The position numbers and the translations under genes are program-made. Below, piece after piece: positions 28,533-38,408 of a stretch of 64,000 bases of DNA. The DNA comes from a bacterium (GTDB taxonomy: Archaea; Thermoplasmatota; E2; JACPAO01; JAHFTW01), in contig JAZJZE010000004.1 of assembly GCA_040390065.1 (NCBI GenBank), positions 1-64,000 of the forward strand, given 5' to 3'. The notes under the pieces are model-generated. The model had not been told where the DNA came from, searched no databases, and saw nothing but the letters and a program-made list of their open reading frames with translations. Numbering within the stretch: the stretch's first letter is position 1; every line of letters begins with the position of its first letter.

Positions 28533-29741
28533 TTAGAACGTCCGCCAACCCGCAATCAGAAGGACTGGCAAGACCCACGGGACTGCGGTCCGCAGGAACG
28601 GCAGGAACCGTACCTCGATGCCGGCCTTGCGCGCGGCGTCCGCAGCCAAGAGGGATGCCGCGCTACCCGTGAGCAGGAGTGCACCGCCAAGGGTGCTCAC
28701 GGAGACGAGGAACATGGCATGCGTCGCCGTCCACGCCGGATCGAGGCGAAGGAACGCGAGGATGGCCGGGACGTTGCCGACCGTGTTCGATAACGCGGTC
28801 GTCGCCACGCCAGCGCTGGCCGCAGTGGTCAAGTGGGCGACGTTGAGGCGCGCACTCGGGAACCACGTGGACATTCCGGCCGTGAGGAAATACAGGCCGA
28901 CGAAGAGCAGCAGGACGTTCCAGTCGAGCCCGTCGATGGCGGCGCGGTCGGCGGGGCGGCCGATCCAGGGTCGAAGCCCGGCATACGCCAATGCAGCGGC
29001 CACGCACGCCGCGCCCCCGAGGCCCAGCCACGCGGGACCGGCCGCGGCAAGGGCGAGGAACACGAGGATGCACGCCACGAGGAAGGGGCGCCCCCGTGCG
29101 CTGCGCGGCTCGATGCGCGGCTGCGGCACGCGCGGGCAGGACCGCGAAAGCCACCAGCAGGCAACGCCCAAGAGCGCCATCCCCAAAGCCACGAACAGCG
29201 CCTGCACCCGCAGGAAATCGACGATGCCGAGGTGCGCAGTGCGGGCGAGCACGGCGTCCTGGGGATTGCCGAACGGCGTCAGCAGGCTACCAACGTTGGC
29301 GGCGACGGCCATGAGAGTGACGCTCGGCACGGGCGGCAAGCCGAGGGCGATGACCATGGGCACGAAAAAGGGGACGAGGACGACGACGGCCGCGTCGTTG
29401 AGGAGGATGGCGCTCGTTGCGGCGACGACGGCGAGTGCGGTCCACAAGGCGAGCCCCGGGTGGAGGTGGACGAGGTGGCGTCTCAGGCCGGCAAACAATC
29501 CCACGGCGTCGGCGAGGCCCGCCAGAACCATGAGTCCGGCAAGCAGGCCGATGACCTGCCAGTCGACGAGGCGCCACACGTCAAAGCCAAGGTCGCTTGG
29601 TACGAGAAGGGCAAGCGTCGCGACTCCGCCGGCCATGGCGGACCAGCCGCGCTTGGCAGGCTTTCCGCCGATGCGGCCAAGGGCCAACAGGAGGAATGTC
29701 GCGGCGAAGACGATGCCCGCTGCCGCGTGCCGGGGGTCCAT
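28533..29741 (-). CDS. ArsB/NhaD/SLC13-superfamily anion permease
   Basis: ILLNDAA, AANVGSLLTPFGNPQ, LSNTVGNVPA, STLGG, GSAA. Confidence 0.88.
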   Translation of the reverse strand: MDPRHAAAGIVFAATFLLLALGRIGGKPAKRGWSAMAGGVATLALLVPSDLGFDVWRLVDWQVIGLLAGLMVLAGLADAVGLFAGLRRHLVHLHPGLALWTALAVVAATSAILLNDAAVVVLVPFFVPMVIALGLPPVPSVTLMAVAANVGSLLTPFGNPQDAVLARTAHLGIVDFLRVQALFVALGMALLGVACWWLSRSCPRVPQPRIEPRSARGRPFLVACILVFLALAAAGPAWLGLGGAACVAAALAYAGLRPWIGRPADRAAIDGLDWNVLLLFVGLYFLTAGMSTWFPSARLNVAHLTTAASAGVATTALSNTVGNVPAILAFLRLDPAWTATHAMFLVSVSTLGGALLLTGSAASLLAADAARKAGIEVRFLPFLRTAVPWVLPVLLIAGWRTF

Positions 29742-29744
29742 CGC

Positions 29745-30218
29745 TCACCGCAACGGGCGCACCATGCGCAAGGCATGGCAGCCATCGTGGTAGAAGTCGC
29801 GCAGCCGCGCCACCGTCGTGAAGCCTTGGCCCTCGTACCAGCCGACAAGCCGCGGGTCGGCCTGCTCGGCCTCGAGCGACAGCCACTGGCAGCCCGCGCC
29901 GCGCGCTTCGCTTTCGGCGTGGGCCATGAGGACAGCGCCAAGCCCTTGGCCGCGGGCGTCGGGATGCGTCGCGATGTCGTAGATGCGGACCCGGTGCGGA
30001 AAGTGCCAGAGAACCAAGAGCGCGGCAAGTCCGGAACCGCCGTACGCGTCCACGACCCACACCGATTGCTTTGGGCTGGCGAGGCTCCGGCGCAGGCTGC
30101 CTCGGCTGGCGCGACGGTAGTCCTGGAAGCAGACCTCTTCCAGTGCCGCGATGGCGTCGAGGTCGGCCAGGGTGGCCCGCCGCAGTCGGCTCGCCCCCCG
30201 GGGCGCAGTCTTAGGCAC
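29745..30218 (-). CDS. GNAT N-acetyltransferase (RimI-like)
   Basis: RIYDIATHPDARGQGLG, LSLE, WYEGQGF, FYHDG..ALRM. GTG start at 30218 with GGAGG SD overlaps the ligase stop. Confidence 0.88.
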   Translation of the reverse strand: MPKTAPRGASRLRRATLADLDAIAALEEVCFQDYRRASRGSLRRSLASPKQSVWVVDAYGGSGLAALLVLWHFPHRVRIYDIATHPDARGQGLGAVLMAHAESEARGAGCQWLSLEAEQADPRLVGWYEGQGFTTVARLRDFYHDGCHALRMVRPLR

Positions 30219-31107
30219 GGGGGGCCTCCCGTGCGATGCGGTCGAGGATCTCGCCGAAGATGGGCGAACCGCGCGGCAGTTCGCCGCCCGGGTCGATGTT
30301 CGGGTTGTCGTTGACCTCGATGACGACGACGCGGCCATCGGCGAGTTCCTTGAGGTCGACGCCGTACAGGGAATTCCCGACGAGCGCACATGCAGCGATG
30401 GCGGTGTCGAGGACCAGCCGCGGGACCGCGTCGAGTGCGACCGGTTCGATGGTGGCCCACTGCTTGCGACCGGAACCTTCGGGGCGGTCATGGATGCGCC
30501 ATGCGCCTTTCGGGATGTGGTACCGCGCCGCATAGATCGGGTCGCCGCACAGGACGCCGATACGCCAGTCGAACGTCGACGGCGTGTAGCGCTGCAGGAG
30601 GATGACGTCACTTTGCAGGCTGAAGCGCCGCACGAGTTCCTGGAGCTCCTCCTCATCGTGCGCCTTCTCGACGGCGGAGCTGAACGCGCCGCTTGGTGCC
30701 TTCACGACGATGGGACTTCCCAGTTCGGCAAAGAGGGCTGCGGCGTCGAGGCGTTCGCGGCCGGCGCGCGTCAACAGGATGGTCTCGGGGGTCGGGATGC
30801 CGGCGCGTTCCAGGATGCCCTGCACGTGTGCCTTGTTCATGCAGGTCAGCATGGAGCGCGGGTCGTCGACGACGCGTAACCCCAGTTTCCAGGCGTACCG
30901 CGATGCCGCAAAGGACAGCCCGAGCACACCCGTGTCCAACCGGAGGAAGGCGGCGTCGAACTCGGGCAGACGATGGAAATCCGCCACGTCGATGACCTCG
31001 GCCGTGTGGCCGTGGGCGGGGGCTTGCTGGACGTACGTCTGCATGGCTTCCAATTCCACGGCGCGGGCGCGGCTGGAGGCATCCGAGATGATAGCGAGTC
31101 GGGACAT
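30211..31107 (-). CDS. RimK-family ATP-grasp amino acid/peptide ligase
   Basis: VVDDPRS, CMNK, IPTPET, PIVVKAP, FDWRIGVL, YGVDLKE, IEVNDNPN. Confidence 0.92.
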   Translation of the reverse strand: MSRLAIISDASSRARAVELEAMQTYVQQAPAHGHTAEVIDVADFHRLPEFDAAFLRLDTGVLGLSFAASRYAWKLGLRVVDDPRSMLTCMNKAHVQGILERAGIPTPETILLTRAGRERLDAAALFAELGSPIVVKAPSGAFSSAVEKAHDEEELQELVRRFSLQSDVILLQRYTPSTFDWRIGVLCGDPIYAARYHIPKGAWRIHDRPEGSGRKQWATIEPVALDAVPRLVLDTAIAACALVGNSLYGVDLKELADGRVVVIEVNDNPNIDPGGELPRGSPIFGEILDRIAREAPRA

Positions 31108-31115
31108 GGGCACGC

Positions 31116-31844
31116 CTACGGCATCATGGGCCGCTGGCTCACCTCTTCGTACAGGCGCAATTCGCGCTCGGTGAGTTCGTGCAAGGGGAGGGGGTCGAGG
31201 CCGACGAACAGGTGGCGTGGCGCCTGACCGGGCTCGTGGGGGGCCTCCATGTACCAGATCGTGGCAAGGGGCAGGCCGAAGGTGCGCCACACGTCCCACG
31301 CCAAGTGGTAGTCCTCGTGCGCCGTGACGCCGACGATCATCTTCATGCTGCGCAATTCGCCGGTGAGCGTCACTGCGATGGCTGCCCGCGTGCCGTTTTG
31401 TGTGGCGCTTCGCCACTGCGCCGCGCGGCTGCGGGTCGATTGCACTTCGTAGCTTGCCTCCGTGAGGCCCGCCACGGGGATGAGCAGGGCCGGCGGCTCG
31501 ATGTCCTCGGGCCGGCGCGCAACGCGCCATTCGGCGGTGTCCAGGCCGTTGTGCTTGGCCACGAGCAGGCATGCGACGGCATTCTGCGCCGTCACGGCCT
31601 GGATCGGCGTTGGGCTCGGTTCCACGCCGCTCAGTTCCGCGTCGACGAGGGCCCAATATCCGCCGCGCAGGAAGCGGTAGTCGCCGCACAGGTTGATGAA
31701 CGGCCGCGTGCCGGCGGGGAAAGCTGGAGCGTGCGTGGCCTCGCCCGCCGCCGGCCTGCCGCTGGCTTCGCGATGCATCCCGGTGCGGCGCCGGCTTGGC
31801 AGTCTCTTCACCGGTTCAAGGACCGGCGGCGTGGGCTTGGACAC
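31116..31844 (-). CDS. RimK-like ATP-grasp N-terminal (RLAN) domain protein
   Basis: FINLCGDYRFLRGGYWALVDAELSG matches the RLAN pattern (INLC.SY.YL..GYY.SL.AE.RG); lies directly upstream of the ligase. Confidence 0.75.
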   Translation of the reverse strand: MSKPTPPVLEPVKRLPSRRRTGMHREASGRPAAGEATHAPAFPAGTRPFINLCGDYRFLRGGYWALVDAELSGVEPSPTPIQAVTAQNAVACLLVAKHNGLDTAEWRVARRPEDIEPPALLIPVAGLTEASYEVQSTRSRAAQWRSATQNGTRAAIAVTLTGELRSMKMIVGVTAHEDYHLAWDVWRTFGLPLATIWYMEAPHEPGQAPRHLFVGLDPLPLHELTERELRLYEEVSQRPMMP

Positions 31845-31897
31845 TGGGTTCGAGGACCCGCCGTACCCGGCCGGGACTTAGGGCTTGTGGCCGTCCA

Positions 31898-33667
31898 TCA
31901 GGAGGGAGCCGGCCCAGCAAGGCGCATGCGGGCCGCCGCAAGCGCACTGGATGTGTCACGGAACAGGCCGGCGTCGCCCACGAGCTTGACGGCGCCGCTA
32001 CGCTCCAGCATGTCGAGCGGCTGCGACTGGATGGCCGAGATCATGACGATGGTGCCGCGGCGCTGCAACCCCTGGATGGCGCGCTCGAGGGCGTTGAGGC
32101 CCGTTGCGTCGAGGTATGGCACGTCGCGCATGCGCAGCACGACCACCTTGGGCGCTTCGGAGACGCGCGCCATGGCCTCGGAGAATTGGTCCGCGGCGCC
32201 GAAGAAGAAGGGGCCGTCGATGGAGTAGACGAGCACGCCGTGCGGCACCTCGTCAGCCGTGAAGCGGTGCTCCGATGCAGCCGTGTCGGCGAGCGGGTCG
32301 ACGGCGCCAACCCGGGTCATTCCGCTCATGCGGTGCAGGAACAACGCGAAGGCGGCGATTAGGCCGACCATGACGCCCCACGTCAGGTCGACGAGGACCG
32401 TCACGCCAAACGTGGCAATCATGACGGCTGCGTCGCTGCGCGGCATGCGCAGGATCTTGGCAAAGTGGTGGCGCTCGCTCATGTTCCATGCGACAACGGC
32501 GAGGATGCCGGCGAGGCACGCCATGGGGATGAGGCCCGCGTACGGGGCGAAGAAGTACAGGACCGCTGCGACCATGGCGACGTGGACGAGGGCGGAGACC
32601 GGCGTGCGGCCGCCGTTCTGGATGTTGGTGGCCGTGCGCGCAATGGCGCCCGTGGCCGCGATGCCGCCGAACAGGGGGCTGCCGATGTTGGCGATGCCTT
32701 GACCGATGAGTTCCTGGTTCGAGTCATGCCGGATCGTCTTGCCTTTGGTGCTGCCCGCCACCATGCCATCGGCCACGACGGCCGCCAGCAGGGACTCGAT
32801 GGCGCCCAGCATCGCAATCGTGATGGCGCTCGGGAAGACCTCCCTGACCGCGGTCCAGCCGGCCCCGAAGCCAGCCGTCAGAGGAGACGGGATTGCCGGC
32901 GCCGGCAGCCCTTGCGGGAGGGCATTGTACTTGGATTCCACGGTGATGATGGCCCCGTCGGGCAAGTGCGGTCCCGCGATGGCGGCGGCGATGGTGAACA
33001 AGCCGACGGCGACGATGGGGCCGGGGACGCGGGGAATGAACTTCTTGATGAGTTGGATGACGGCGATCGTGCCGAGGGCCATGCCGATGGCGTAGCGGTT
33101 GCCTTCGTGAGCGACGATGCCCTTCAACACCTCCCACGCCTTGACGAGGGGTTCGGCCGGCGGATGCGCACCGAGGCCCACACCGAAGAGGTCCGGCGTC
33201 TGGTTGGCAAAGATCACGACCGCGATACCGGCGGTGAAGCCGACCGTGACGGGATACGGGATGAACTTGATCACGGTTCCAAGCTTGAAGACACCAGCAA
33301 GGACCAGGAGGATGCCAGCCACCAGCGTGGCCAGAAGGAGGTAGGAGAGGCCTTGGCCCGGATGCAGGAGTTCGAACTTGTCGACGACGCCGGCAAGCAC
33401 GACGACGAAGGCGCCCGTCGGACCGGTGACCAGGAAGCGGCTGCCGCCGAACAGTGCCGCCAGGCTTCCCGCGATGACGACGGTGACAAGGCCGTTCGTT
33501 GGATTGGCGTGGCTGCCGATGGCGAAGGCAATGGCGAGGGGGATGGCCACGCATCCGACGATGAGGCCGGCCGTGGCATCGCTTAGGAAGTCCGCCGGCC
33601 GGTAGCCGCGCAACGATTCGACGATGGCGAGGCGTTCCGTCCAGCGGGGCTTGGCGGGGGCGTCCAT
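31898..33667 (-). CDS. SulP/SLC26 anion transporter with STAS domain
   Basis: AIPLAIAFA, GPTGA, IESLL, SNQELIGQG, ATGAIART, DGPFFFGA, LDATG. Confidence 0.95.
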   Translation of the reverse strand: MDAPAKPRWTERLAIVESLRGYRPADFLSDATAGLIVGCVAIPLAIAFAIGSHANPTNGLVTVVIAGSLAALFGGSRFLVTGPTGAFVVVLAGVVDKFELLHPGQGLSYLLLATLVAGILLVLAGVFKLGTVIKFIPYPVTVGFTAGIAVVIFANQTPDLFGVGLGAHPPAEPLVKAWEVLKGIVAHEGNRYAIGMALGTIAVIQLIKKFIPRVPGPIVAVGLFTIAAAIAGPHLPDGAIITVESKYNALPQGLPAPAIPSPLTAGFGAGWTAVREVFPSAITIAMLGAIESLLAAVVADGMVAGSTKGKTIRHDSNQELIGQGIANIGSPLFGGIAATGAIARTATNIQNGGRTPVSALVHVAMVAAVLYFFAPYAGLIPMACLAGILAVVAWNMSERHHFAKILRMPRSDAAVMIATFGVTVLVDLTWGVMVGLIAAFALFLHRMSGMTRVGAVDPLADTAASEHRFTADEVPHGVLVYSIDGPFFFGAADQFSEAMARVSEAPKVVVLRMRDVPYLDATGLNALERAIQGLQRRGTIVMISAIQSQPLDMLERSGAVKLVGDAGLFRDTSSALAAARMRLAGPAPS

Positions 33668-33750
33668 GACAGAGCGAAGGGGACGCGAGTTGCAGGATAC
33701 CGTATACCTTCCGTTTGCCCGGCCGCGGACCGGACTTATAGCGTCAAACC

Positions 33751-34533
33751 ATGGCGGGCCGCGTGGACGGAGCCGTCATCGCGCTGCTGGCGCTGGTAGG
33801 CTTCGGCTCCTCATTCATTGACAGCCAGGTCGGTGGCGGCGGCGTCATCAGCCTGCCGGCGCTGCTTCTTGCCGGGCTTCCCTCCAAGATGGCGCTAGGG
33901 ACGAACAAGCTCGGCGGAACGGCAAGCGCCCTCGTGGCGTCGTCCAACTACTTGCACAAGGGCGCGGTCCCCGTGCGCCATGCCCTCATCTTCGCGCCGC
34001 TGGCCTTCGTGGGCGGCGCCGTCGGCGTCTGGGCCGTCCTGCACTCGGATGCCACCTGGCTGGTCCCCGCTGTCATCGTCGTGATGGCCGCGATGGCCGT
34101 GTACGTGCTCGTGCGGCCGCGTTTCGGCGCCGAGGACACGCTTGCCCCGGGGCTTCTGCCCGCCGTCGCCATGGGACTCGCGGCCCTGGATATCGGAACG
34201 TACGACGGCATCCTTGGGCCGGGGACGGGCTCGATGGCCATTTTCGCCCTCGTGGGACTGCTGGGCTACGGCTTCCGGCGCGCGGCCGCCTTGGGCCGCG
34301 TCCTCAACCTGGCAAGCAACGTGAGCGCCCTCGGCTACTGGATCTGGGCCGGCCAAGTCGATTGGCAGGTCGGCATCCCCATGGCCGCGGCGATGGGACT
34401 CGGCGGCTACGTGGGCTCGCACACGACGCTGCGACACGGCGAGAAGGTCGTGAAGCCGCTCTTCGAAGCTATCACCCTCATGCTGCTGGTCAGCCTGGCG
34501 TACCGGTTCGCCCATGGGCAAGCGTGGGTCTGA
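33751..34533 (+). CDS. TSUP (TauE/SafE) family transporter
   Basis: FIDSQVGGGG, ALGTNK, YDGILGPGTG, NLASN. Confidence 0.9.
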   Translation: MAGRVDGAVIALLALVGFGSSFIDSQVGGGGVISLPALLLAGLPSKMALGTNKLGGTASALVASSNYLHKGAVPVRHALIFAPLAFVGGAVGVWAVLHSDATWLVPAVIVVMAAMAVYVLVRPRFGAEDTLAPGLLPAVAMGLAALDIGTYDGILGPGTGSMAIFALVGLLGYGFRRAAALGRVLNLASNVSALGYWIWAGQVDWQVGIPMAAAMGLGGYVGSHTTLRHGEKVVKPLFEAITLMLLVSLAYRFAHGQAWV

Positions 34534-34590
34534 ACCTACGGCATGACCGTCCCAAGTCCCCTAAATGGGAGGAGGGCCAAGGGAAGGGCG

Positions 34591-35715
34591 ATGGCGTCCG
34601 ACGCGATGCGTCTCGGCCTTGGATTGGCGGCGGCCGTCCTGCTCCTCGTTCCGTTGCTGCCGGCCGCGACGGCTGCCGACCCCGTCTTCGGCGTGCCTCC
34701 CGACGGTCCCGCGGGCCCGGTGAAGTCGCTGCGTGAGATTGGCAAGGGTTTGCTTGGCCAGGAGGTGACCACGAAGGCGGTGAAGGTCAAGTCCGTCTCG
34801 TGCACGGCGTGCGACTCACCGACGACGCCGGCGGACTTCACGGTGTCCGATGGCGATGCGACCGTGCGCGTCCACGTGCAGAACAGTTGGCAGCCGGGCT
34901 GGAATCCGAAGAAGCAGAATTTCCTGCCGCGTCCCGGCATGATGGTCGTCGTGCAAGGCCGCGTCCAGGCCGCGGGGTCGACGCACATCATCGAGATGAA
35001 GCGCTTCGGCGAGGTCGGCCATCCGGGCCCGACGGTGCACGCCTACGATGTCGCCGCCGGCAAGTCGCCGCGAGAATCCTATGCCTGGCTGGCGCCCGTC
35101 ACGGTCCTGAACGTGGCGCGCTGGGACGATGGCGACTACACGTTTGACGTTCGCGACCCCGCGGGCGGGGGCCTCATCCATGTGGAGTTCACGCCGCCAT
35201 TCTACGGCCAACTGCACATCCCGAAAAAGGGCGAGACCGTGACTCCATACGGCATGCTGCACTTCGACGATGACCACGGCTGGTGGGAAATGCATCCAGT
35301 ACGATGTTGGTCCCAGTCGGAATGCGTCCCGGCCGCGGCGTCCTACCTGCGTAACGGCATGACGCCCGGGACGCCGGCCAGCGGTGGGTACTACCTGCAG
35401 GGCGGGGTGGTCCCTCTTTGGGTGCCGATGTCAGGCATGACCCTCCACCAGGCCGACCTGCACGCACACTTCACGCCCTCGCCGAACGGCAATGAGTGGT
35501 GGGTGCAAGTCACGGTCACGACCGACCGTTCGACGCTCGCATGGGTGGACGCCCGCGTCGGCGTCTCCGGCACGTGGATCCGGCTCGGCCACGCGTGGTG
35601 GGGCGACTGGGTCAAGTCGATGCACGCTCCTGCCGGCTCTCAGGTGCAGTTCCGCGCCGTCGCCGCCGATGGCGGATTCCAGACGAGTGCCTGGACCGAG
35701 TGGCCGCCCCACTGA
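34591..35715 (+). CDS. Secreted protein with OB-fold-like domains and a Trp-rich C-terminal domain
   Basis: Signal peptide; DGDYTF, HVE, HGWWEMHPV; C-terminal GNEWWVQV...WWGDW...VQFRA. Confidence 0.65.
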   Translation: MASDAMRLGLGLAAAVLLLVPLLPAATAADPVFGVPPDGPAGPVKSLREIGKGLLGQEVTTKAVKVKSVSCTACDSPTTPADFTVSDGDATVRVHVQNSWQPGWNPKKQNFLPRPGMMVVVQGRVQAAGSTHIIEMKRFGEVGHPGPTVHAYDVAAGKSPRESYAWLAPVTVLNVARWDDGDYTFDVRDPAGGGLIHVEFTPPFYGQLHIPKKGETVTPYGMLHFDDDHGWWEMHPVRCWSQSECVPAAASYLRNGMTPGTPASGGYYLQGGVVPLWVPMSGMTLHQADLHAHFTPSPNGNEWWVQVTVTTDRSTLAWVDARVGVSGTWIRLGHAWWGDWVKSMHAPAGSQVQFRAVAADGGFQTSAWTEWPPH

Positions 35716-35762
35716 GGCGCTTCAGGAGAAAGACTTCAAACGCACGGCCCGTGCCGCGCGCC

Positions 35763-36983
35763 ATGGCCGAGCACACCCCTGACCCCGAGTACTCCTGGAC
35801 GAAGCCGGAATTCTTCGAGGCGCCCGTCCGCCAGGTGCAGCCGACGAAGGATGTCGTGAAGCTCATCGACATGATGCGCGACACGTCGGCGCAAGGCCGC
35901 CAATTGGGCATGGTATGCGACATCCTGCGCCGCGCGCTCGAGGACCCGGACCGCCCCACCGTGGTGCTGGCCACCGCGGGCACGCTCATCAGCACGGGCA
36001 TGCGCGACCTCTTCGTCAAGATGGTCGAAGCCGGCTTCATCGACTGCTGGGTGTCCACGGGCGGCTGCATCGACGACGACCTGTACATCAGCCTCGGCGG
36101 ACCTGTCGGCATCGGGCGACCTGGAGTCGACAACCTGCTGCTGCGCGAGCACATGATTGACCGGCTGTACGACTCGTACATCGACGAGGATTTCCTGCGC
36201 GCCTGCGACGGCTACATCTCCTACATGGCCGACGACCCGAAGCTGGCCGGGCCCCACACCAGTCGCGAATTCATCCAGCACCTCGGCAACTCCATCCTGG
36301 CCCGCAAGACGTACAACGGCCTGACGCCCAGCAACGACGGCGTCATCGCGGCTGTCGCCAAAGCCGAGGTCCCGATGTTCATCCCGGCACTGACCGACTG
36401 CTCGATGGGCATCGGCCTGTGCATCAACCACTGGCGCCACACCCGCGCCGGAACGAAGAAGACCTTCTTCCACGACCCCGTCGCGGACAACTGGGAGATT
36501 ACACAACTCAAGGGCAACTCGAAGAAGTCCTGCGTCATCTACCTGGGCGGCGGCGTGCCGAAGAACTTCGTCAACGACTGCGAAGTCGTGTGCGAGACGA
36601 CCGAGTACACGGACCGCGAAGGCCACGAGTATGCCGTCAACATCACCATGGACCGCCCCGAATTCAACGGCCTCTCCGGCAGCACGCTCGAGGAGGCCCA
36701 AGCGTGGGGCAAGGTGCACCGCAACGCCACGAAGGCCACCGCCTACGCGGATGTGCTCTTGGCTTGGCCCCTTGTTGCCAACTACCTTCTTGCCACCTGC
36801 AAGCCCCGCAAACTCCTTCGCCCCAAATACAAGGGCAACGACCTCGTCGAGCTTGGCGGCAAGAAGATCGCGCGCCGCACCGGCAAGTTCGCCGAAGCCC
36901 CGGAACCCGTCGAGCCCAAGATGGGCAAGAAGGGCAAGGCCGCGAACGGGAAGAAGGCGGTCTTGACGGTCAAGTCGCGGTAA
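35763..36983 (+). CDS. dys: Deoxyhypusine synthase family protein
   Basis: IDRLYD, PALTDCSMG, LGGGVPKNF, GLSGSTLEEAQAWGK with the catalytic Lys. Confidence 0.88.
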   Translation: MAEHTPDPEYSWTKPEFFEAPVRQVQPTKDVVKLIDMMRDTSAQGRQLGMVCDILRRALEDPDRPTVVLATAGTLISTGMRDLFVKMVEAGFIDCWVSTGGCIDDDLYISLGGPVGIGRPGVDNLLLREHMIDRLYDSYIDEDFLRACDGYISYMADDPKLAGPHTSREFIQHLGNSILARKTYNGLTPSNDGVIAAVAKAEVPMFIPALTDCSMGIGLCINHWRHTRAGTKKTFFHDPVADNWEITQLKGNSKKSCVIYLGGGVPKNFVNDCEVVCETTEYTDREGHEYAVNITMDRPEFNGLSGSTLEEAQAWGKVHRNATKATAYADVLLAWPLVANYLLATCKPRKLLRPKYKGNDLVELGGKKIARRTGKFAEAPEPVEPKMGKKGKAANGKKAVLTVKSR

Positions 36984-37021
36984 GGCAATCCTCAAGCCCC
37001 AAGGCCGGAATCGCTCGCGCC

Positions 37022-37732
37022 ATGCGAAGGGCCGCCGTTGTCGTCTTGCTCGTCTGCGCCGTCCCAGCAGCCGCCGCAGTCAACACGGGCACAATCGCGA
37101 TGCACGACGGCTTCTCCAGTCTCGCAATGCACGCATTTGCCGAAGCTCCCAGGGATGCGGCGCGCTCCTTCCGGGAGGCCGCCGACCACGACGGCGACGC
37201 ACAGGTGACGCAGGACGAGGCCGACGCGTTCATGGCGGCGGTCCGACCGGACTCGGAGCATCGCGGCCGCGAGTCCCTCAAGACGTCCATGCGGCTGGAC
37301 GACGCCTTCCCGACGGATGCAAGCGTGTCGACGGCTATCGCTGGTCTCGTCGGCCCCGTCGCCACGACGGCACCCCTTACGGCATCGCTCAACGCCACGG
37401 TGACGTTTGCGCCAGGCACCGGCCCAACCCACACGCTGCGAATGACGGGCTCGCCGGTCTCGGGCGCCGACTCGTCCGCCATCACGTTCACCCTGACGGC
37501 ACCGTCCGGGTTCGTGATTGCCAGCCAAGAGGGCCTTAAGCAGGCGGCCTTCGCCCCCGATCGCCATTCCGTCACGTTCGTCGACGACAGCCAGGGCAAC
37601 GCCACCATCGAATTCGCACCCGCCGGGGCGCAATCCGCCCAGCCAAGCCCACCCTTCGGCATCTTGCCGGGCCTCGCCGCAATCCTGGTCGGTGCCTTCC
37701 TCGCCCGCGGCAAGCCGGGCGCGGCAGATTGA
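37022..37732 (+). CDS. Surface protein with an EF-hand-like loop and C-terminal anchor (paralog A)
   Basis: Signal peptide, DHDGDAQVTQDE, terminal TM. Confidence 0.7.
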   Translation: MRRAAVVVLLVCAVPAAAAVNTGTIAMHDGFSSLAMHAFAEAPRDAARSFREAADHDGDAQVTQDEADAFMAAVRPDSEHRGRESLKTSMRLDDAFPTDASVSTAIAGLVGPVATTAPLTASLNATVTFAPGTGPTHTLRMTGSPVSGADSSAITFTLTAPSGFVIASQEGLKQAAFAPDRHSVTFVDDSQGNATIEFAPAGAQSAQPSPPFGILPGLAAILVGAFLARGKPGAAD

Positions 37733-37757
37733 CGTCCCCCGACGCCATCGCCCACCC

Positions 37758-38408
37758 GTGCGCAAGGCATCCTGGGGCGCCCTCGGACTTGCTGTCTTCG
37801 CCGTTGCCACGATGCGACCCGTTGCGGCGAACCTGTCGCTGCACGGCATCCTCAGCCTAGGCGCCCTTGCGGGATACATCCTGCTCAGCCTCGAGCCGCC
37901 CACGGCGCACAAGTCGCAACGCGCCTTCATGCTGGCGGGCGTCGGCTGCGCGATTGCATCCTTCATCATCGTCCAAGTCGGCGAACGCCAGGCCGCGTCC
38001 AGTCAAGCACCACTGCACGCGGTGGCGGACGTTCTTGCCGTCGCCGTCGTGGCGCTGCCGCTGTGGCTTGGCAACCGCATGATGCAGCCGTTCTTTGCCG
38101 CCGCCGGCGCGATGGCCTTCATGGGGAACTTCCTGACGCAAGACGGCGTCATGTCAGCCTCTGCCTGGGCATCCGTTGCCAGCTTCGGGTTGTGTGGCGT
38201 CACTGCGGCGTGGACGGCGTACCGCTTCGAGCACCCGCACGTCGCCGCCGCCCAAAAGCGGCCGCGCATCGTCACCGCCTACGACATCGTGCGACTCACC
38301 GATGCCGAGAAGGCGGAGCGCATCGCCAAGCTGGATGCCCGCCTTGCCGCTGGCGAACTGGAGGAACACAAGTACTGGGACTTGCGGCAGGAGATCGAGG
38401 CGAGGTGA
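37758..38408 (+). CDS. Membrane protein with a C-terminal SHOCT-like domain
   Basis: About 6 TM; ends RIAKLDARLAAGELEEHKYWDLRQEI. Confidence 0.6.
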   Translation: MRKASWGALGLAVFAVATMRPVAANLSLHGILSLGALAGYILLSLEPPTAHKSQRAFMLAGVGCAIASFIIVQVGERQAASSQAPLHAVADVLAVAVVALPLWLGNRMMQPFFAAAGAMAFMGNFLTQDGVMSASAWASVASFGLCGVTAAWTAYRFEHPHVAAAQKRPRIVTAYDIVRLTDAEKAERIAKLDARLAAGELEEHKYWDLRQEIEAR

